Shown piece by piece: positions 26,865-33,633 of a DNA stretch of 33,716 bases. Both the position numbers and the translations under genes were made by a program. The stretch comes from a virus (Duplodnaviria; Caudoviricetes): positions 1 through 33,716 of IMG/VR virus record IMGVR_UViG_3300020045_006097; one strand, 5' to 3'. The notes beneath the pieces are model-generated. The model ran no database searches. It was not told the origin of the DNA and saw only the letters and a program-made list of their open reading frames with translations. Positions within the stretch are counted from its first letter, which is position 1; each line of letters begins with the position of its first letter.

Positions 26865-27506
26865 TTATTTATTACGACTCGCCAGACCAGCGCTAATCTT
26901 GTCACTTGCGGACTTAGATTGCTGAACATTTGAGCCTTTCGTCGGCTTAAAGGATCCAGACCCTCTGGATTGTGCAAACAAATGTCCGGCAGTTTCGGTC
27001 AGTGATGTAATCCAGGAATTGACTGTGTAAGTCTTACCTGTTTTATCTACAGACTTGTCCTTTGGAACTGCAGTGCCGTTTTCAACGACAAACATTTCCT
27101 TAGCTCGTGCCAATACATCTGGCAGCGCACTTGGTAGTACCCCGTACTCCGTTGCTGCTGTTTTCACTGAGTCAGACAATACTACTCGTTCCAAATTCGT
27201 GGTCAAAGAGGTTGTCTGTGCAGTTAGATTCGTGATTTGAGACTCGTAATTCGTCTTCATCTCTGAGACGCGACCCTCAACAAGCTTTTCAATATCGCCA
27301 GCACCTGGTGCTGTCTTGGTGATATCTTCAACTTGCTTCTTTAGTGCAATATTATTTGTGCGGAACTCCGACACCTTTGTTTCAAGTGCAGTGACTTGTG
27401 CGAGTGGCACAGCTCCAGCTACTTGAAGAATCCATTTACCGCCAGTTTCAGTATAGAAGTTGGCAATTTCAGCTGCAGGTGCAGTCGTAAGTTCGTAATC
27501 TAGCAT
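26865..27506 (-). CDS. Capsid scaffolding protein (start MLDYEL at 27506)
   Basis: Coiled coil, EFRTNNIAL, HLFAQSRGSG, C-terminal DKISAGL; GGGGA SD; directly upstream of the capsid gene. Confidence 0.85.
   Translation of the reverse strand: MLDYELTTAPAAEIANFYTETGGKWILQVAGAVPLAQVTALETKVSEFRTNNIALKKQVEDITKTAPGAGDIEKLVEGRVSEMKTNYESQITNLTAQTTSLTTNLERVVLSDSVKTAATEYGVLPSALPDVLARAKEMFVVENGTAVPKDKSVDKTGKTYTVNSWITSLTETAGHLFAQSRGSGSFKPTKGSNVQQSKSASDKISAGLASRNK
26866..26873 (-). promoter_or_regulatory. T4-like late promoter motif AATAAATA
   Basis: Overlaps the last codons of the scaffold gene, 35 nt before the capsid ATG. Confidence 0.5.
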
Positions 27507-27575
27507 TGTTTGATCCCCGATCAAGTGTGTGAGACACCGTCCCACGTGACCGCACAAATAGTTGCGTGTCAGGTC

Positions 27576-27583
27576 TATTTATG
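27576..27583 (-). promoter_or_regulatory. T4-like late promoter motif CATAAATA
   Basis: The only obvious promoter for the scaffold-capsid operon, which is separated from the portal gene by an opposite-strand gene. Confidence 0.65.
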
Positions 27584-27620
27584 CAATATCGTTAGAGAGT
27601 GGCTGGAGGAGAAATAAATG

Positions 27621-27649
27621 TTGACCTAATGTCTATTTAGGGAGATAAT
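27621..27649 (+). promoter_or_regulatory. Sigma70-type promoter, probably giving a leaderless mRNA
   Basis: TTGACC-17 nt-GATAAT with an A-rich upstream tract; ATG at 27656 lies 6 nt after the -10. Confidence 0.75.
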
Positions 27650-27655
27650 TGGGGT

Positions 27656-28165
27656 ATGAACAAACAATCTATCATCTCTCTGCTCAGCAACGTCAAGGGT
27701 GTTACATTTGCTAACATTGAATACGAAACTGTTGTTGCCACTGCTGCTGCCTTTAAGACTGTACGTGTCACCAAACGCGTGGTTGCGAATGTCCAGCTGT
27801 TCAACAACCTGAAAGCATTCACGAACGTCTACCGCAATGCAGTGGAACGCTCTTCTGGTAAGCCATTTGAAGTGAGCGAATCGTACTTTGAGCACACTGA
27901 ATGCTTCTCCGTTGTCAAGCACAAAACCAAAAGCGCTTACTACCTGTACTGCATCTACAACAACGTTCAGTCTACTGAATATCTGATTGACGGTGTACCA
28001 GCTACGAAACAAGCTGTAACAGCAATGATGACGCCCAGTGCAGCTGCCGCCGCCAATTCGGAAAAGACACACAATGTTCGCAACAATGTGGACCATGATG
28101 TCGTCATTCGCACAATTGGTTTGGATTCGTTGACCAAGATCACTGCATGTGGAGCACAAATCTGA
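27656..28165 (+). CDS. Hypothetical protein; the only credible plus-strand gene (moron-like, early)
   Basis: 169 aa with its own promoter and terminators, between the portal and scaffold genes. Confidence 0.8.
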   Translation: MNKQSIISLLSNVKGVTFANIEYETVVATAAAFKTVRVTKRVVANVQLFNNLKAFTNVYRNAVERSSGKPFEVSESYFEHTECFSVVKHKTKSAYYLYCIYNNVQSTEYLIDGVPATKQAVTAMMTPSAAAAANSEKTHNVRNNVDHDVVIRTIGLDSLTKITACGAQI

Positions 28166-28172
28166 ATAAATA
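28165..28172 (+). promoter_or_regulatory. Late promoter motif AATAAATA on the plus strand
   Basis: Overlaps the TGA of 27656..28165 and precedes a three-hairpin element. Confidence 0.4.
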
Positions 28173-28177
28173 GAAGA

Positions 28178-28260
28178 TTGAGTTGTCGGTTGTGATTAGC
28201 CGATAACATAGTTGCAACGAAAGTTGCTTTGCGAGGCTCCAGAAATGGGGCCTCTTTTTT
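28178..28260 (+). ncRNA. Candidate three-hairpin small RNA or structured 3' UTR
   Basis: Stem 28182-28191 with 28198-28207 (two G-U pairs), GCAAC-GAAA-GTTGC, and a terminator hairpin. Confidence 0.45.
28233..28260 (+). terminator. Intrinsic terminator
   Basis: GAGGCTCCA-GAAA-TGGGGCCTC followed by T6. Confidence 0.88.
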
Positions 28261-28297
28261 AAACCTGTGTTTCCGAAGTAAGTCTATGAAGCAATTA

Positions 28298-28320
28298 GGG
28301 CCCGTGAGGGCCCTTTTTGT
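28298..28320. terminator. Second, possibly bidirectional terminator at the portal stop
   Basis: AGGGCCC-GTGA-GGGCCCT followed by TTTTGT on the plus strand. Confidence 0.75.
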
Positions 28321-29630
28321 TAGTCTATTTCAATCTCAGTGCTGATTGGAGCAGGTCCCTCTTGCTGACTTGCCAAGACACCAGGCTGATTCAAGTCTGA
28401 TTCATCCACAATCTCACCTTCGTACAGCCGCTTAAGCATTGTCTCTAGCGTAATCGCACCAGCTGCATACAATTGTAGCAACGAAGTGATTGTCTGTGGG
28501 GACATCTGAGCTGGACTGAAGTCTGAATTCAAATCTACAACTGGGATCGCATTAGATGAAAACCACGTGTTGTAATCAGTCAAGGCGTGAGTCAATCCAG
28601 CATTCAATGCATTGCGTAGTGTCATAAGGGATGCACCTTCTGCACCCAGACGAATCTGCAATGCATCACTAGATTCAACACCAGCTTTATACTGAAGTAG
28701 TCTGCTACCAAGTGAATACATCTGTGCTTCCTTCTGATTCGCTAAGTCAAGAACGAATGAAGATCCAGTGCCACTGAATTCCATGTACTGAGCGCTACCA
28801 CCAGACTTCAAGTGAATGAACTTGTCACCACCAAGACCAATTGTAGTCTCATCACCCTGCAAATCGCCAACGATTGTAGGAGTAGGGGAAGCAAGTACCC
28901 AAGCAATGTGAGCGAGACCAGCCTGCAATACAAAGTGTTCAATATTGATCTGTGCCAAAGTGAAGAGAGGTGGCTTGCAAATGTCATCGCTGCAATCTTG
29001 TGGATTAACAAATGTGAATGGAATCTTAGTCAGGTAAGCACCACGAACCATTGGCTGAATAGTTTCAGTAATCTCCCACTGATCCTTCTTCACTTGTTCC
29101 CAGATGTTAACCGTATACACGCCAGCTTCATCTAGTGTAAGTTCACGGTAACGAGTGGTCTCAACCTGAACGTACTTGTCATTCTTATCCGGTGCGTAAT
29201 AGCATTCTTCAATCACAACGAAGTCTTCACTCCAATTGATAATGGAAGTGCCACAATAAGTGACCAAGTAAGGCTGATTGTTCTCTTCATCAAAGTCAAC
29301 CAAGATACCAAGGCGCCCCTCAGTTAACAATGTGACGTATGCTTCCTGTACAAACTCTTCGAAGTTATCACCGTCATCCATGTTTGGAATTACTCCAGCA
29401 ACATTCTCAAGACGTGCAGGCTTCCGCGTCAATGCACCAACCAATGCAGACGTTGTACGTTCAACTACATTATAGAACGATGGACGTTTAATGAACTTCT
29501 GATATTGTTGAGGAGTCTGACTCTCCTTCTTAGGGATATATTCAGCAACATCACCTTCGTACGCATCAGTGACCAAATCAACTGCTTCTTCATACTCATC
29601 AAACTCTGGGTGCTTACTATTAATTGGCAT
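28320..29630 (-). CDS. Portal protein (DUF4055-like)
   Basis: MPINSKHPEF, YNVVERT..ALVG, GRLGILVD, SIINW, KPPL..LAQINIEH, YMEFSG, LYAAGAIT..T..KRLYEGEI. Confidence 0.9.
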   Translation of the reverse strand: MPINSKHPEFDEYEEAVDLVTDAYEGDVAEYIPKKESQTPQQYQKFIKRPSFYNVVERTTSALVGALTRKPARLENVAGVIPNMDDGDNFEEFVQEAYVTLLTEGRLGILVDFDEENNQPYLVTYCGTSIINWSEDFVVIEECYYAPDKNDKYVQVETTRYRELTLDEAGVYTVNIWEQVKKDQWEITETIQPMVRGAYLTKIPFTFVNPQDCSDDICKPPLFTLAQINIEHFVLQAGLAHIAWVLASPTPTIVGDLQGDETTIGLGGDKFIHLKSGGSAQYMEFSGTGSSFVLDLANQKEAQMYSLGSRLLQYKAGVESSDALQIRLGAEGASLMTLRNALNAGLTHALTDYNTWFSSNAIPVVDLNSDFSPAQMSPQTITSLLQLYAAGAITLETMLKRLYEGEIVDESDLNQPGVLASQQEGPAPISTEIEID

Positions 29631-29651
29631 GTGTTTCTTTCATTAATGGAA

Positions 29652-29659
29652 TATTTATC
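29652..29659 (-). promoter_or_regulatory. Late promoter motif GATAAATA
   Basis: Overlaps the terL TGA, 21 nt before the portal ATG. Confidence 0.5.
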
Positions 29660-31010
29660 AATAGAGACCAGCCATACGCAATGTGCCAGCTTGGTAGCGT
29701 TTGATCGGGTACTTCTGCCAGATGAAATAGCCACCAGCATCATTAGCATGGTCCCAACCATCTTGCTTATCAGGCTGACCATAATCATCATACACTTGCT
29801 GCTCTAATGATTGAGTATACTGAGGACAAGTGCGAGTGTTAATCTTATACTTACGCTCACCATCCTTAGTACAGAACAGTTGATTCATTGAGTTGATACG
29901 GTCACGCACAGGTGGGTTCTTATTGTCGTACACTACAGCGAACTTAGCTGCCTTGAGCATAATAATGTCAGTCTCAGCAAACACAGATGCGTGTGATCTA
30001 TTCTTACCAGATGAGTCAGGGTAGACAGTGATGTTAATGAAGTCGTGATACTTCTCCTTGATCACTTCAATCATGTGCTCGGTGTCACGCAACCCAATCA
30101 GCTCATCAATCGCATGCGGACCAGATGGAGTGATCACATGCACAATTGCAGCCATCTTATCAATGTTAAAGTCCATACCAATGTGCAGTGTAGGCATCAA
30201 CGGGTTAGCATGTGGTCTAGTTGGATCAATGCGAGCAGCCCACTCCTTGCGCAACTGCTCAATAGTGATAGTGGTGTCATTAAGGTAGCGATCATACTTT
30301 CTGTAGATGCGACCTGATGTCATATTGACGAACTCACCATTGACCCATGCTTGCTGTTCCTCTTCACTGAAGTTGGCAATATTGTCAGAGATGTACTCAT
30401 CAGGTAGAGTAGTATTGTCCCTAGATGAAGCACTGATCACTCTTGTCATCAACGCAAGCTCAGGCTTCTGTGCAGGTGCTACTACGAACTGCTGATATGT
30501 GAACTTGTGACCTTCTGGAGTAGTAGTGACGAATGTCTGACGGATGGCACCATTAGCTCGGCATCTCGCGTTGGTTGCTTTCCACATCGCCTTCTGGATG
30601 TCACTCTTCATAGTATCCATCTCATCAATCCCTACGAATGCAGCATTGATACCAATCATGCGGCTGTAGTTCTCCGCTGACCTCATCTTCAATGTGCATG
30701 TACCGGTCTTGAACTTGATCACAAACTCAGGTGTGCCCCCAGACTTAGTCAGCTTATATGAACCAATGCCAAGCAACTCTAATGCTTCCTCCATGGATGG
30801 GATCAACACGTCAGCAATCAGTGGGTAGGTAGGCTCACACAAGATGCCCACATGGTCCCCAATCAATGCAGCATTGGCTGAGGCAAGATGAATTGCTTTC
30901 ATGCAGAATGCGAATGACTTGCCCGCACCAAAGCCAGCCTTCAGTAAGATGTAGCGTGAGGTAACATCAGTGACGAACTCATACTGATGCTTAAATAGTT
31001 TAACTGCCAT
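29658..31010 (-). CDS. terL: Terminase large subunit (start MAVKLF at 31010)
   Basis: Q motif LFKHQ, Walker A GFGAGKS, Walker B VGIDE, TTTPEG, nuclease motifs GMDFN and DHANDA; GGAG SD. Confidence 0.95.
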   Translation of the reverse strand: MAVKLFKHQYEFVTDVTSRYILLKAGFGAGKSFAFCMKAIHLASANAALIGDHVGILCEPTYPLIADVLIPSMEEALELLGIGSYKLTKSGGTPEFVIKFKTGTCTLKMRSAENYSRMIGINAAFVGIDEMDTMKSDIQKAMWKATNARCRANGAIRQTFVTTTPEGHKFTYQQFVVAPAQKPELALMTRVISASSRDNTTLPDEYISDNIANFSEEEQQAWVNGEFVNMTSGRIYRKYDRYLNDTTITIEQLRKEWAARIDPTRPHANPLMPTLHIGMDFNIDKMAAIVHVITPSGPHAIDELIGLRDTEHMIEVIKEKYHDFINITVYPDSSGKNRSHASVFAETDIIMLKAAKFAVVYDNKNPPVRDRINSMNQLFCTKDGERKYKINTRTCPQYTQSLEQQVYDDYGQPDKQDGWDHANDAGGYFIWQKYPIKRYQAGTLRMAGLY

Positions 31011-31500
31011 TATGGTTAACTCCGTATACGACTTGTGCAGCAGCACAGTATGCCGCGTGCGCTTCTTCTGCTGTGGGAAATGATCCTAGATGTTTATGCT
31101 GGAAGCGAGCAACATAACGCTCACAATTGACTCGCTTGTTAAGGTAGATCCCAGTGAAGCCTGTAGTGTTAAGAGGAGTCATCTCCCTGTTGTACATGTT
31201 GAGACCAGAGGATGCCGCCCGCAGATTAGAGATATCATTATTGGTATGATCTCTATCAATATGGTCAACTATCAGTGGGAGTGATCTGTGGTTGAGAAGG
31301 TAGACAATCCGGTGCAGACCCATCTGCTGGGGGAAGCCTTCCACCTCAATGCTGATAGTTCTGTAACCTTTCTTGCTAGCAGAGACGGTAGTGTGGTTGC
31401 TATTGCGGTGTAGGTGTCCCCCACTGTAGTAGTACCGCTTGCTGCAGTATTCATATAAACTATCAACCTGATCTTGTGTGTAATGTCTGCCTGTTGCCAT
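31000..31500 (-). CDS. HNH endonuclease with C-terminal AP2-like domain
   Basis: LHRIVY...VDHIDRDHTNNDISNLR...N; GFTGI...YVARF...HLGSFPTAEEAHAAY. Confidence 0.9.
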   Translation of the reverse strand: MATGRHYTQDQVDSLYEYCSKRYYYSGGHLHRNSNHTTVSASKKGYRTISIEVEGFPQQMGLHRIVYLLNHRSLPLIVDHIDRDHTNNDISNLRAASSGLNMYNREMTPLNTTGFTGIYLNKRVNCERYVARFQHKHLGSFPTAEEAHAAYCAAAQVVYGVNHNGS

Positions 31501-31526
31501 ATTAGTTCCTTATTCTATGCCACTCT

Positions 31527-31555
31527 ATCATACTTCTATTTATGTTTAATGTCAA
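31527..31555 (-). promoter_or_regulatory. Sigma70-type promoter with a CATAAATA late motif (31537-31544) nested in its spacer
   Basis: TTGACA-17 nt-TATGAT; TAAGGA SD and ATG at 31500 downstream. Confidence 0.8.
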
Positions 31556-31706
31556 CTGTTGCCTAATGAACGTGGATCACTGATAATAGTAAAGTCAGAA
31601 AGCCGTCCTGCGGATCTAGCTTGGGTGTAGCTTCGCCGTCCATTCCGAGCATGTCTCTTCAAATCCATAACTGAATTATCCCTCCATTTAACATGTTAGA
31701 CAACTG

Positions 31707-31735
31707 TTGACTTAAATAGTGAGATGATGTAAAAT
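31707..31735 (+). promoter_or_regulatory. Sigma70-type promoter (rightward member of a convergent pair)
   Basis: TTGACT-17 nt-TAAAAT. Confidence 0.7.
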
Positions 31736-31807
31736 GGAGTGGGGTACCAAGAGTTTTTGCCTGGTCTGGCATGCTCACCTAATGTATCACATGGTGCCCC
31801 CACCTCT

Positions 31808-31836
31808 ATTTTACCCCTAATCTGGCATTTAGTCAA
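31808..31836 (-). promoter_or_regulatory. Sigma70-type promoter (leftward member of a convergent pair)
   Basis: TTGACT-17 nt-TAAAAT. Confidence 0.7.
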
Positions 31837-31898
31837 CAGATAGTTAAATACTATAGCGAAAAATGAGAATGGCATGAATAGTGGGTGAAATGTCGCTT

Positions 31899-32099
31899 TC
31901 ATGCGGACGTAGAGTAAAGTTTGATGATGTCTGAGCTGCGGGTGTACATTACTCCAGTAGATGTACTGATCTGATACCAACCACCATGTGCATCAGGTAG
32001 CACTCCAATGATACTACCTATCATCTCAGTCACGCCTCCCCCCACGCACGCGCAGCGCACTTGCTTAAATAACACTTGGTCTGATACTTTGTACATCAT
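31899..32099 (-). CDS. Hypothetical protein
   Basis: ATGA-coupled to 32096..32671; small and beta-rich. Confidence 0.55.
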   Translation of the reverse strand: MMYKVSDQVLFKQVRCACVGGGVTEMIGSIIGVLPDAHGGWYQISTSTGVMYTRSSDIIKLYSTSA

Positions 32100-32671
32100 A
32101 CTTTCCCCAGCAGAACTTGAAAGCCATATGCAGCAAGTGCATTCTGCTGCAGTCTTGTGCGTGAGTGATCAGGTAGCTTGCATATATCCCGCAGCGGCTG
32201 GGGGAGTAAATGATAGCTAGCTGCTAGCCCCTGCAGGCCTTGGTACTGACAGACCTTAGTTACGCCGGGGATGCCACTCTCTAGCTCCTTAGTGTAGATC
32301 AGGTAGAGCTTCCCCAGCAGAGCTTCCCCAGCGGGCGGGGTGATAGTTAAAATTGATTCTGCAGCAGGAGTAGAATCAGATGAAGTAGAGCTACATGCAC
32401 CTTTATTATCACTCAGATTGGGAGAAATGTCAACGGATGCTGCGGGGGAGACATCTTTTTTATTTTTATTTTTATTTATTTTGGTGTATTTAGCGCTTTT
32501 AGGCGAATTAGCTGTTGACCTGGCGCGAAAAAAAACCTCTCCAGTTTGATCAGATTTAGTTCCAGCTTTGTTCAGCTCCTGCTTTTCCAACTCTAACTTA
32601 GCTTCTACTTCCTTTTGCACTTCTTCTTGTGTGCGCGGAACATAATCACCATCATCATTCGTCATACTCAT
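32096..32671 (-). CDS. Hypothetical low-complexity protein overlying DNA repeats
   Basis: AGGA SD; follows terS; middle part looks disordered. Confidence 0.5.
   Translation of the reverse strand: MSMTNDDGDYVPRTQEEVQKEVEAKLELEKQELNKAGTKSDQTGEVFFRARSTANSPKSAKYTKINKNKNKKDVSPAASVDISPNLSDNKGACSSTSSDSTPAAESILTITPPAGEALLGKLYLIYTKELESGIPGVTKVCQYQGLQGLAASYHLLPQPLRDICKLPDHSRTRLQQNALAAYGFQVLLGKV
32305..32332. repeat. Perfect 14-bp tandem repeat AGAGCTTCCCCAGC x2
   Basis: Copies at 32305-32318 and 32319-32332; the core TTCCCCAGCAGA recurs at 32103-32114. Confidence 0.85.
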
Positions 32672-32701
32672 ATCATTGATCCTATTCTATTCTATCCAGC
32701 C

Positions 32702-33145
32702 TTAATCCGGCTCAGCTTCCTTAGCAATCAACTCCACCTGCTCAAAACTGATTGATCCAGGCAAATGCTGCTTATCTGCATTATCCACACTTGTCTCTCT
32801 CCATCCGTGCTTACGTGCCAGCAAAAACGCAATATCTTTCCGCTTTCTTTCATACGGCACCTCTGGGTCTCTCACAAAGTCCGCAATCTGCTTATACAGT
32901 CCCCATTCCACATCTTTCTTTGCAGTACGCAGGGCTTCAGATAAAGCTGGGTATTTAGCTTTTGCTTCTATGAAGAGTTGAGTGCTTACGCGGAGCACAC
33001 CTGCAATGGCTGCTTCTGTGAAATCAATTGCCGCCATCATCTTTGCAGCATCAATCTCCTTTACACTTGGTACCCACTCCTTTGCCCCGTTCTTCTCCTT
33101 TGGTAGTTCCTTTAAGTCTCTTACTGTAATCTTCTTTGTAGCCAT
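32702..33145 (-). CDS. terS: Terminase small subunit
   Basis: HTH IAGVLRVSTQLF, YPALSEAL...K..VE..LY, IAFLLARKHGWRE; TAAGGAG SD; upstream of terL. Confidence 0.75.
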   Translation of the reverse strand: MATKKITVRDLKELPKEKNGAKEWVPSVKEIDAAKMMAAIDFTEAAIAGVLRVSTQLFIEAKAKYPALSEALRTAKKDVEWGLYKQIADFVRDPEVPYERKRKDIAFLLARKHGWRETSVDNADKQHLPGSISFEQVELIAKEAEPD

Positions 33146-33170
33146 ATAACTGATTCTCCTTATACTTCTA

Positions 33171-33178
33171 TATTTAGA
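33171..33178 (-). promoter_or_regulatory. Late promoter variant TCTAAATA
   Basis: 25 nt before the terS ATG, at the same spacing as the ATAAATA copies. Confidence 0.45.
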
Positions 33179-33263
33179 TCTCTATGGGGCATAAAATGAT
33201 GTATGGATAGAAAAGTAGGTATTACTGAGCCAAGGGGAAATTCAAACCGGGTATGTTCACATT

Positions 33264-33437
33264 TCAAACCGGAAATGGTTGTGCTTCAATTCGTTCCAGT
33301 GCAATGATAAGCAAGCGAGTCTCATACTGATCCATCTGTTTGTAATCCTGATCAGTTCCTAGTCCTGCATCAATCTTTACAGCGATTGCTTTAACAGCTG
33401 CATTGATTGCGTAAATTTCTTCTCTATGTGGTAACAT
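33264..33437 (-). CDS. Hypothetical helical protein, 57 aa, missing from the ORF track
   Basis: Translated by hand: MLPHREEIYAINAAVKAIAVKIDAGLGTDQDYKQMDQYETRLLIIALERIEAQPFPV; GAGGA SD. Confidence 0.65.
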   Translation of the reverse strand: MLPHREEIYAINAAVKAIAVKIDAGLGTDQDYKQMDQYETRLLIIALERIEAQPFPV

Positions 33438-33438
33438 A

Positions 33439-33633
33439 TTATTCCTCTAGTTGATAACGCTTGACTTGGTTAGTTGCTATTAAGTGATCAAGATACTCCA
33501 TTAGCAGATGATCTATTTCATCCTTACTAAGGAAGTCTTTTCTTGGACATCCGTCCTCCACCATATACTCTGCGTAAGCAAATTTGTTAAGTAGCTCTCT
33601 GCGGTTTTTAGTTGGGATATGTTTAGGTTTCAT
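33439..33633 (-). CDS. Hypothetical protein
   Basis: ATGA-coupled to the GIY-YIG gene across the circular junction. Confidence 0.65.
   Translation of the reverse strand: MKPKHIPTKNRRELLNKFAYAEYMVEDGCPRKDFLSKDEIDHLLMEYLDHLIATNQVKRYQLEE

Noticed and set aside
27626-28209. Minus-strand ORFs opposite the plus-strand gene
   Set aside because: The plus ORF has a promoter, terminators and natural composition; the minus ORFs have none of these.
31000-31500. Packaging-type HNH (HK97 gp74-like)
   Set aside because: The HNH plus AP2 architecture without CxxC motifs fits a free-standing homing endonuclease.
31552-31668. 38-aa minus-strand ORF MDLKRHARNG... with GGAGG upstream
   Set aside because: The SD spacing is long (12 nt), there is no motif and the stop overlaps the next -35. 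Possible but unsupported.
31741-31804. tRNA or tmRNA gene (GGGG...CCCCCACC)
   Set aside because: There is no T-arm TTCRA, D-arm or anticodon arm, and it is too short. Kept only as a small stem-RNA candidate.
901-32958. Plus-strand ORFs in the track other than 27656..28165 (for example 1205..1387, 16627..17181, 21305..21781)
   Set aside because: They are antisense shadows of well-supported minus-strand genes, or lack an RBS and plausible composition.
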